Below are positions 28,083 to 35,721 of a stretch of 35,721 bases of DNA, one piece after another (within the stretch, counting starts at the first letter, position 1; each line of letters opens with the position of its first letter). The notes under the pieces were generated by a model. It worked only from the letters and a program-made list of their open reading frames with translations, ran no database searches and had not been told where the DNA came from. The stretch spans positions 1 to 35,721 of the forward strand of contig JBJMHS010000063.1 of assembly GCA_045807245.1 (NCBI GenBank), given 5' to 3'. Both the position numbers and the translations under genes were made by a program. The stretch comes from Actinomycetales bacterium. GTDB taxonomy: Bacteria; Actinomycetota; Actinomycetes; Actinomycetales; CAVURS01.

Positions 28083-29191
28083 ATGGCCTCGCTCCAGGCC
28101 GCCCTGCCGGCGCCGTACTACGTCGACGAGAGCCATTGGCAGCGCGAGCGAGACGCCATCCTGCACCGCGAGTGGTACTGCGTGGGCCGCCTCGGCGCGC
28201 TCGGCCTGCGCGGCCCCGGCCGGCGAGCAGTCGTCGACGTCGCGGGCGAGAGCGTGCTCCTGACCTCCGACGACTCCGGCCGGCTGCACGGGTTCTTCAA
28301 TGTCTGCCGCCACCGCGGCTCGCAGGTCGTGCCGGCCGATCCCGACGAGGCGGCCGTCGAGCCGTGCGCGGCCAAGTCCCTGCGCTGCCCGTACCACTCG
28401 TGGACCTACGGCCTCGACGGTCGCCTGCTGCGGGCGCCGCACACGGACGATGTCGAGGGCTTCGACCCGTCACTCTTCGGCCTCGCCCCCGTCGGTGTCG
28501 ACAGCTGGGCGGCTTCGTCTTCGTGCATCTCGACCCCGGCGACGCGCCGGGCCTGGTGGCCAGCCTGGGCCCCGTGCCCGAGCGGCTCGTGCGGTACCCG
28601 CTGGACCGGCTCGTCGTCGGGCGCCGCCTCGACTACGAGGTCCGCGCGAACTGGAAGGTCCTGGCCGAGAACTACAACGAGTGCTACCACTGCGCGGGCG
28701 TGCATCCGGAGCTCGTCCGGCTCGTGCCGGCGTTCGGCCGGGGTGGCGCCGGCCTGGACTGGGACGGTGGCGTCCCGATGCGCGACGGTGCCTGGACGTT
28801 CACCTCGACCGGCACGACCCGCCGGCGACCGTTCGCCGGACTGGACCCCGACGAGCAGGTCCGGCACAAGGGCGAGCTGATCTACCCGAACCTCATGATC
28901 AGCCTGTCGGCCGACCATGTCGCCGCGTTCCGGCTGGTGGCCGAGTCCGCCGGCCGGACCCGGGTCGAGTGCGACATCCTGGTCGACCCGGCCGAGACCG
29001 AGCGCGAGGACTACGACGTCTCCGACGCGGCCGACTTCTGGGACATGGTGAACCGGCAGGACTGGGCGATCTGCGAGTCCGTGCAGCGGGGGATGTCGTC
29101 GAAGGGGTACACGCAGGGCTGGTTCGCCCCCATGGAGGACGCCAGCCTGGACATCCGCCGCTGGTTGCTGCCGCGGCTCGAGCGCGGATGA
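28083..29191 (+). pseudogene. Rieske non-heme iron oxygenase alpha subunit (betaine demethylase/choline monooxygenase-like), frameshifted near 28508
   Basis: CRH...CPYH in first frame; GGFVFV, NWKVLAENYNECYHC...HPEL, QDWAICE in second frame; one G missing in tgggcggc, possibly a sequencing error. Confidence 0.88.
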
Positions 29192-30366
29192 CCCGCCCCG
29201 GCGGCCCGACCGAGGTCGAGTACGTCGTCGTCGGGCTCGGGGCGCTCGGCAGTGCGACCGCGTGGCAGCTGGCCCGGCGCGGCGCGTCCGTCGTCGGGCT
29301 CGAGCAGTTCGCGCTCGGGCACGCGCGCGGTGCCTCGCACGACACCTCGCGGATCATCCGGCACAGCTACCACACACCGGCCTACATCGACCTGACCTTC
29401 GCGGCGTACGACGACTGGGCGGACCTCGAGGCGGCGTCCGGCCAGCAGCTCGTCACGATCACCGGAGGCGTGGACCTGTTCCCGCGGGACGCGGCGATCG
29501 ACATCGCGACGTACACCTCGAGCATGGACGCCTGTGCCGTGCCCTACGACGTGCTGACCGCCGCGGAGGCCATCGGCCGTTGGCCGCAGTTCGTGCTGCC
29601 GGACGGTACGACGGCCGTGCACCAAGCCCGCACCGGCATCGTCCCCGCGGCGGTGGGCACCGCCGCGATGCAGCGGCTGGCCGTCGTGGCCGGTGCCGCG
29701 CTGGTCGATAACTGCGGGGTGACCGGCCTGCGCGACCTGGGCGACCGGGTCGAGGTCGAGGCCGGCGACCGCACCCTCCGCTGTCGCCGTGTCATCGTCA
29801 CCGCGGATGCGTGGACTAACGACGTGCTCGACCCGCTCGGCGTACAGCTGCCGTTGACCGTCCTGCAGGAGCAGGTCACGTACGTCCAGCCCGCCGACCC
29901 GGGCTCCTTTGCACCGCAACGGTTCCCGGTCTGGATCTGGATGGATGACCCCAGCTTCTACGGCTTCCCGTGCTTCGGTGCGACGACCATCAAGTCGGCG
30001 CAGGACTGCGGCGGGCCCGTCGTTGACCCGCGCACCCGGTCCGGAGATGTCGAGGCCGACGCCGAGCGCCGTCTGGTGGACTTCCTGGCCCGGCTCATCC
30101 CGTCGGCCGGGACCGACGTCGTCGGCTCGAAGACCTGCCTGTACACCCTCACGCCTGACCGCGACTTCGTGCTCGGGCCGGTGCCGGGCCACGAGGCCGT
30201 CCTAGTCGGGCTGGGTGCGGCGCACGGCATGAAGTTCGCGCCGACCCTGGGGCGGTTGCTGGCAGCCCTCGCGGCCGAGGGCCGGACGGACCTCGACCTG
30301 TCGCCGTTCGACGTGGCCCGCCCGGCCCTGACCGAGCCGGTGGCCGCAACGAGCTGGCTGGTCTAG
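29188..30366 (+). CDS. N-methyl amino acid oxidase (SolA/monomeric sarcosine oxidase family)
   Basis: VVVGLGALGS, GASHDTSRIIR, CLYTLTPDRDF (covalent FAD Cys), AHGMKFAP; ATGA overlap with Rieske gene. Confidence 0.9.
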   Translation: MTRPGGPTEVEYVVVGLGALGSATAWQLARRGASVVGLEQFALGHARGASHDTSRIIRHSYHTPAYIDLTFAAYDDWADLEAASGQQLVTITGGVDLFPRDAAIDIATYTSSMDACAVPYDVLTAAEAIGRWPQFVLPDGTTAVHQARTGIVPAAVGTAAMQRLAVVAGAALVDNCGVTGLRDLGDRVEVEAGDRTLRCRRVIVTADAWTNDVLDPLGVQLPLTVLQEQVTYVQPADPGSFAPQRFPVWIWMDDPSFYGFPCFGATTIKSAQDCGGPVVDPRTRSGDVEADAERRLVDFLARLIPSAGTDVVGSKTCLYTLTPDRDFVLGPVPGHEAVLVGLGAAHGMKFAPTLGRLLAALAAEGRTDLDLSPFDVARPALTEPVAATSWLV

Positions 30367-30391
30367 GCGCTCTGCTCAGAGGCCGACCTGC

Positions 30392-31018
30392 TCAGGGGGC
30401 GAGCGCGCCGGCGGGCAGCCCCAGCTCGCGTTCGGTCAGCTCGGTCACCCAGGTGCTGAGCTCCTTGCGGCTGACGACGCCCCTGTGCACCGTCACCTGC
30501 ACGGCCAGACCGTCGAGCATCGCCGTGATCCGCCAGGCGGCACCATGTGGGTCCGGGCAGGTCAGCTCGCCACTCGCGACGCCGTCGGTGATCACTGCGG
30601 CGACGGAGTCCTTCCACCGCACGTCGAGCCGGCGGGAGACGCGGCGCAGGGCCGGCTCGCGCAAGGCGGCCGCCCACGCGTCGATCCACAACGGCCAGCC
30701 GGAGCCGCTGCCGACCGGGGCGTACAGCCGGAGGATCGCGCGCAGCTTGTCGACAGCGCGCCCGTTGGCCGAGACCGCCTCGTCGAGCCGACGGACGTCT
30801 CGCTCCGCCGCATCGGCGAACGCAGCGGCGAACAGCGCTTCCTTGGTGTCGAAGTGGTAGAAGACGAGGGCCGTGCTGACACCGAGCTCCGAGGCGATAT
30901 CCGCAACCCGAGTGTGCGCGAAGCCGCGCCGCTCGAGCTCGCGTACGGCGGCCCGCAGGATCTCGTCCCGCCGCACCTCGCCCTTGCGCCTCACGGCGCG
31001 CACTCTATCCACCGTCAC
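30392..31018 (-). CDS. TetR-family regulator (BetI-like C-terminus)
   Basis: ILRAA...GFAHTRVADIASELGVSTALVFYHFDTKEAL. Confidence 0.93.
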   Translation of the reverse strand: MTVDRVRAVRRKGEVRRDEILRAAVRELERRGFAHTRVADIASELGVSTALVFYHFDTKEALFAAAFADAAERDVRRLDEAVSANGRAVDKLRAILRLYAPVGSGSGWPLWIDAWAAALREPALRRVSRRLDVRWKDSVAAVITDGVASGELTCPDPHGAAWRITAMLDGLAVQVTVHRGVVSRKELSTWVTELTERELGLPAGALAP

Positions 31019-31036
31019 CCGATCATCGGCCCCGCT

Positions 31037-33001
31037 TCACGCGAGGTCTCGCGGGTAGGTCCGAGTCCAGCTGCGGTGCATGGTCGGCCGGTCGTCCTCC
31101 AGCGCGTGCAGCTCGATCCGGACAGTGAACGAGTCCGCGTCCGCCGTGACGTCGAGGTCGGACGTCACGGCCACCCGCGCCTCCGCGAAGGACAGCCCGA
31201 GCTCGACCCGGGCCGTCGCGCGCTGGGCGAAGGTGGCCCGGTCGACCTCGACCATCCCGGTGTAGTGCTCGCGGGCCGACCCGAACGGCGTGCCGTACTC
31301 GCTCCCGTGGTCCACCTCGGCCCGGGTCCGGCCGCCGAGCACGTCGTCGGTCACGGTCCACGTGACGCCCTCGCCTTCGTCTGCCGGCGCGTCACCACCG
31401 GGTGCGAAGGTGGCCGGCGCGTAGGTGGAGTCCATGCGCAGGACGGGCAGGTCCAGCTGGCCACCGACCACCGTCAGGGTCAGCGGCGTCGGCGGGGCGA
31501 CCGTGTTGGGCCAGTCCGCCCCCGCGAGGGCCAGGCGGACCCGCTGACCCGGGCGCCAGCGCCAGGCGGTGGCCTCCAGCTCGAGCTCGACGTCGTACTC
31601 CTGGCCCGGGACGAGGGCCTCGGCGGTCGCCATGCCGCCGCGTCGGGTGAGGTTGAGCGTCCCCCGGGTGACGAGGGCCGACGTACCGTCCGGGAAGACG
31701 TCGCACAACCGCGCCGCCACCGTCGCCACCGGCGCGGAGCTGATGACCCGCAGCCGCAAACAGGGGTGGCCGGCGATCTCCAGACCCTCGGGCCCCGCGA
31801 CCGCCAGGTCCCACACCAGGGAGCGGTCGTCGTCCCCCCGCTGGTCGAGGGACTGGCCGTAGGGCAGGTGGCCAGCGCAGGAGATCCAGGCCGCCGTGCC
31901 GATGTCCGGCCGGACAAGGTAAGGCGCGCGTCCGTCGAGCGAGAACGACTGCGTGGCAAGGGATTCCGGCGGCCAGTGGTCAGTGCGCCAGTGGCCCTGG
32001 ATCGTGTCCAGCGCCGCCGCAGGCCGGGTCGACTCTCGGACATACCAGGTGGCGACCGGCTCGGCGCCGACCCCGTCGTCCATGCCGCGGAGGTGCCGGT
32101 CCCACCATCGCGCCATCTCGCGGACCAGGTCGATGCGCGGCCCGGGCAGCGCCGAGGCCGGGGCCATGTGTCCCCAGGGACCGGCCAGCAGGCGGTGCGG
32201 CACTCCCGCCGCGGCGAGGGCCTCGACGGTCCGGAACGAGTTGTTGCGATACCCGTCGGCCCAGCCGGCGACGATCATCGTGGGACAGGCGATCCGGTCG
32301 TAGCCGGGCCGGATCGACCCCTGGGCCCAGTACGCGTCCGACCGCTGGTGCTCCATCCAGGTGAGCAGCCAGGGCTCGTAGGTCTCGAACCGCCGTCGCC
32401 ACTCCTTGCGCCAGTCCATGTCCTGCATGCCCTCGGTGGCCCAGAGCTCCGGCGTCGGGGGCAGCGCGTTCATCGGCGTCATGTAGTGGCAGTAGTCGAC
32501 CAGGTCGAGCCACTTCAGCAGGCCGCCCATGTAGTGCACGTCGTCGGTGTACCGGTCGTCGGAGGAGTAGATCGCGCAGACCGCGCCGAGCGCAGGTGGC
32601 CGCTCGGCCGCCATCTGCAACGCGTTGAACCCGCTGTACGACGTCCCGAACATGCCGATCCGGCCGGTGCACCACTCTTGCCCGGCCAGCCAGGCGATGA
32701 CCTCGGCCAGGTCCCTGCGCTCCTGCGCCGGGTACTCGTCCGTGGCGTCACCGGCCGATGCTCCGGTGCCGCGCAGGTCGAGCCGGCACACGGCGTACCC
32801 GTAGGAGTCGCGCAGCTCGGCGTACTCCGGCCGGTACGACGACGTGAGGTCGTGCTGGCGGTAGGGGAGCCCCTCCAGGAGGCAGGGCGTCCGGTCGCCC
32901 GGCCCGGCATCGGCCGGAAGGTACAGCGTGGCGGACAGCCGGGCGCCGTCGCTCATGGTCAACCACTGGTGCGTGGCCGTGCCCGGACGGCCGTCAGGCA
33001 C
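31037..33001 (-). CDS. CocE/NonD-family serine hydrolase (S15)
   Basis: MSDGARLSATLYLP, DLRGTGAS, GTSYSG nucleophile, GWAD, GPWGH. Confidence 0.92.
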   Translation of the reverse strand: MPDGRPGTATHQWLTMSDGARLSATLYLPADAGPGDRTPCLLEGLPYRQHDLTSSYRPEYAELRDSYGYAVCRLDLRGTGASAGDATDEYPAQERRDLAEVIAWLAGQEWCTGRIGMFGTSYSGFNALQMAAERPPALGAVCAIYSSDDRYTDDVHYMGGLLKWLDLVDYCHYMTPMNALPPTPELWATEGMQDMDWRKEWRRRFETYEPWLLTWMEHQRSDAYWAQGSIRPGYDRIACPTMIVAGWADGYRNNSFRTVEALAAAGVPHRLLAGPWGHMAPASALPGPRIDLVREMARWWDRHLRGMDDGVGAEPVATWYVRESTRPAAALDTIQGHWRTDHWPPESLATQSFSLDGRAPYLVRPDIGTAAWISCAGHLPYGQSLDQRGDDDRSLVWDLAVAGPEGLEIAGHPCLRLRVISSAPVATVAARLCDVFPDGTSALVTRGTLNLTRRGGMATAEALVPGQEYDVELELEATAWRWRPGQRVRLALAGADWPNTVAPPTPLTLTVVGGQLDLPVLRMDSTYAPATFAPGGDAPADEGEGVTWTVTDDVLGGRTRAEVDHGSEYGTPFGSAREHYTGMVEVDRATFAQRATARVELGLSFAEARVAVTSDLDVTADADSFTVRIELHALEDDRPTMHRSWTRTYPRDLA

Positions 33002-34091
33002 GGCCGTGCGCCTCCAGCGCGCGCACGACCTCGTCCGGGTCGATGCCGGGCGAGGAGTTTCCCTGGTAGCCCGTGACGGTCGGCGCCTGCAACAGGCTGT
33101 TCAGGGCAGCGCTCTCGGTCGCCTCGACCGCCGCGGCGAAGTAGGGGTTCAGGTCGGGACCGGTGACAGGCGCGCGACCGCTGGCCGTCCCGCGGCTCGC
33201 GCGCAAGCCGGTCGCTGCGGCGAGGAAGATCTCGCCGCTGCCGTGGCGTGCGGTGCTGCCGGTGCGGGCCAGCCCCAGACCGGCCCGCCGGGCCAGCCGC
33301 CCACATCCGGACGCGTCGAGCGGACCGTCGGTCAGCAGGACGACGATGCACGAACCGTCCGGTGGCCTGGGTGACCTGCGTGACCTGGCTGACCCGGCGC
33401 CGGCGGACGCGACTCGGCCGAACGGCACGCCGTCGATCGTCAGCCGCTCGGGCTCGTCGATGTTGGTCAGCGCGACGGCCGCCAGGACGCTGCCGTCCGG
33501 CAGCACGCGCGACGCCGTCCCGATGCCGCCCTTGTAGCCCATGAAGCTCATGCCGGTGCCGGCACCGACCGCACCCTCCGGCGGCGGCTGCGACGCGCCC
33601 CGGCTCGCCCGGGCCTCGGCGAGCGCCGTCGCGACGTCGTCCGCCGTCACCTGCATGCGACGCGGGTCGGACAGGTAGCTGTCGTCGCACTCGGCGACCA
33701 CGGGGATAACGACGTCGACGTCGCCGATGCCCGGGTCTTCGGCCATCAGCAGCTCACAGGCCGCGTCGTACACGCGACCGACCTGCATGGTCGACGTGAG
33801 GAAGATGGGCGTCTCGAGCCGTCCCCACTCCGACAGCGAGAGGAACCCCGTGCACTCGCCGGCGCCGTTGAGGACCGCTCCGCCTGCGGGCAACGGCGTC
33901 CGGAACAGGTTGCCCCCCGGGTCGATCACGGTGACGCCGGTGCGCGCGATGCCGCGTCCGTGTGGCGGGTCGGGCTCGTCCCGCCACACGGTCGCGTGGC
34001 CAAGCCCGACGCCGAGGACGTCCAGCACAGAGTCGGTCGGCCCCGGCGGCAAGTCACCAATCCTGATCCGCAAGTCAGCAAGGCGCGGCAC
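32994..34091 (-). CDS. P1-family peptidase (DmpA-like, S58)
   Basis: RTGVT, LNGAGE, VVAECDD, EGAVGAGTGM, KGGIGTASR, DGSCIV autocleavage site, HGSGE; start GTG 34091. Confidence 0.92.
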   Translation of the reverse strand: MPRLADLRIRIGDLPPGPTDSVLDVLGVGLGHATVWRDEPDPPHGRGIARTGVTVIDPGGNLFRTPLPAGGAVLNGAGECTGFLSLSEWGRLETPIFLTSTMQVGRVYDAACELLMAEDPGIGDVDVVIPVVAECDDSYLSDPRRMQVTADDVATALAEARASRGASQPPPEGAVGAGTGMSFMGYKGGIGTASRVLPDGSVLAAVALTNIDEPERLTIDGVPFGRVASAGAGSARSRRSPRPPDGSCIVVLLTDGPLDASGCGRLARRAGLGLARTGSTARHGSGEIFLAAATGLRASRGTASGRAPVTGPDLNPYFAAAVEATESAALNSLLQAPTVTGYQGNSSPGIDPDEVVRALEAHGRA

Positions 34092-34108
34092 CGTGACAGC
34101 ATGCCGCA

Positions 34109-35170
34109 ATGAGCCTGGACATCACCATGGTGTGGTCGGCCGATGTCCTGCGGCACCTGCCGGACGCGGAGATCTGGGTCGGAGTGCGGACGCCGGGCAC
34201 CGAGGTTCCCGAGCGGGCCGAGGTGCTGCGAGCCGCCGTCCGGGCAGCGGGCGCGCGCGAGGTGCCCGCCGAGAGCCATCCGGAGGACGTGCTGCACCGC
34301 GTGCACGACTCGGCCCTGACCGCGTGGCTGCGAGCGGCGTGGGATCTATGGGTCGAGGCGGGGTTCGACCACGACCCGGGCCAGGACCGGGTCGTGCCCT
34401 ACATGTTCGCCACCACCGGGATGCTGGACGGCCTGCCGGCCCGCGAGCCGGTCGCGGTCCATGCTCGGGCCGGGCACTACTGCTACGACACGATGACGCT
34501 CGTCGGTCCAGGTACGTGGGAGGCGGCGCGGGCCGCCGTCGACGTCGCTGCCACCGCCGCCGACCTGGCGTGGTCCGAGGGCGGCGTGACCTACGCGCTC
34601 TGCCGGCCGCCCGGGCACCACGCGAACCGATCCACGTTCGGCGGCTCGTGCTACCTCAACAACGCCGCCGTTGCCGCCGAGATGCTGCGGGCCCGAGGAG
34701 CGGGTCGGGTCGCGATCGTCGACCTCGACGCGCACCACGGCAACGGCACGCAGTCCTTGTTCTACGACCGGCCGGACGTGTTCTACGGCTCCGTGCACGT
34801 CGACCCGGGCGCGGGGTGGTTCCCGCATGTCATGGGGTTCGCCGACGAGACCGGTCGCGCCGACGGGGGCGGGACGACGCTCAACCGTCCGCTCACACCG
34901 GGCACCGGCGATGACGACTGGCTGGCAGCCGTGCGCGAGATCCGCACTGCCGTCGACGATTTCGCCCCCGACGCCATGGTTGTCTCCCTCGGCCTGGACG
35001 CCGCAAAGGTCGATCCGGAGAGCCCCCTTGAGGTCAGCGAGGAGGGCTACCGCGCCGCCGGAGAGCTGTTCGCCCAGTGCGGCCCGACGGTTGCCGTGCA
35101 AGAGGGCGGGTACGACCTCGGCCGCCTGGGTCGGCTGGCAGTGGCCGCGCTGTCCGGTCTGGCCAGCTAG
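34109..35170 (+). CDS. Histone deacetylase-family amidohydrolase (acetylpolyamine amidohydrolase-like)
   Basis: RPPGHHA, GGSCYLNNAA, DLDAHHGNGTQ, GLD, QEGGY. Confidence 0.93.
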   Translation: MSLDITMVWSADVLRHLPDAEIWVGVRTPGTEVPERAEVLRAAVRAAGAREVPAESHPEDVLHRVHDSALTAWLRAAWDLWVEAGFDHDPGQDRVVPYMFATTGMLDGLPAREPVAVHARAGHYCYDTMTLVGPGTWEAARAAVDVAATAADLAWSEGGVTYALCRPPGHHANRSTFGGSCYLNNAAVAAEMLRARGAGRVAIVDLDAHHGNGTQSLFYDRPDVFYGSVHVDPGAGWFPHVMGFADETGRADGGGTTLNRPLTPGTGDDDWLAAVREIRTAVDDFAPDAMVVSLGLDAAKVDPESPLEVSEEGYRAAGELFAQCGPTVAVQEGGYDLGRLGRLAVAALSGLAS

Positions 35171-35721
35171 CTCGGCTGGCGGGGGCGGATGATCGCGTCC
35201 GCCTCCGACCGGGTCGGCGTCACCAGGACGGCGTTGGCCTCGTCGCTGCCGTTGGTCCGCTCGCCGGCCGCCGCCGCCGTGAGGCCGTAACGCTCGTGCC
35301 GCGCCTGCAGCCGGGCCCGCCGTTCCCCGTCCTCGATGTCGAGGTACCAGCATGCGTCCAGCTGCAGTCGCACCAGCCACCACTGCCCCTGGGGCAGGAG
35401 CAGGTAGTTTCCTTCGGTCACGACCAGCTCGACGGTGGGTTCGATCGGGACGCTCGCCGCGATGGCGTTCTCGAGGTCGCGGTCGAACCGAGGGGCCCAG
35501 ATCGTCTCGTCCCCTGGCTCGCGGATCCGGCGCAGGAGCTCGACGTACCCGACCGCGTCGAACGTCTGTGGTGCGCCCTTGACGTCAGCCAGCCCCAGTC
35601 TGTCGAGCGCCGCCTGGGCGAGGTGGAACCCGTCCATCGGGACCAGCACCGCCGCGCGCCCAGCGTCGGTCAGGGTGCCGACCAGCCACTCGGCGTACGT
35701 CGACTTGCCCGCTCCGGGGGC
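35167..35721 (-). CDS. P-loop nucleoside/pantothenate kinase-like protein (5'-truncated by window edge)
   Basis: APGAGKST, VPMDGFHL, KGAPQTFD, VTEGNYLLL. Confidence 0.88.
   Translation of the reverse strand, partial: APGAGKSTYAEWLVGTLTDAGRAAVLVPMDGFHLAQAALDRLGLADVKGAPQTFDAVGYVELLRRIREPGDETIWAPRFDRDLENAIAASVPIEPTVELVVTEGNYLLLPQGQWWLVRLQLDACWYLDIEDGERRARLQARHERYGLTAAAAGERTNGSDEANAVLVTPTRSEADAIIRPRQPS

Noticed and set aside
28300..30366. 688-aa Rieske-oxidase fusion ORF
   Set aside because: The upstream part is an off-frame Arg/Pro-rich reading of the Rieske gene; the oxidase starts at ATG 29188 overlapping the Rieske stop

Overview
High-GC actinobacterial chromosomal window. Left part (1-9.6 kb) is mostly core: DesK/DesR-like two-component pair, LysR-EamA pair, dusB, dGTPase-family HD protein, ferredoxin-reductase-like flavoprotein, dnaG, then divergent tRNA-Asn(GTT) and tRNA-Ile2(CAT). 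A ~4.1 kb decayed integrative element sits in the 3' half of tRNA-Ile (44-bp att duplication 9561-9604/13664-13707, 11-bp-periodic AGTCCGCA arm-type repeats at both ends). It carries a broken tyrosine integrase, fragments of a probable relaxase and a VirD4/TraG coupling protein, a DUF4913-like gene, and, most notably, an orphan polymorphic-toxin-like tip with a Pol-beta/MNT nucleotidyltransferase motif abutting a small DUF4177-like candidate immunity gene. Next come accessory genes (VOC, SAM methyltransferase, membrane GGDEF-EAL with a FliA-type promoter, NYN protein, a putative papain-fold enzyme, YidH). The right part is a ~15 kb catabolic cluster: oligopeptidase B, peptide ABC transporter, frameshifted Rieske oxygenase, SolA-like oxidase, TetR, CocE/NonD hydrolase, DmpA peptidase and an HDAC-family amidohydrolase. 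All family calls come from motif recognition by eye; no database search was run.
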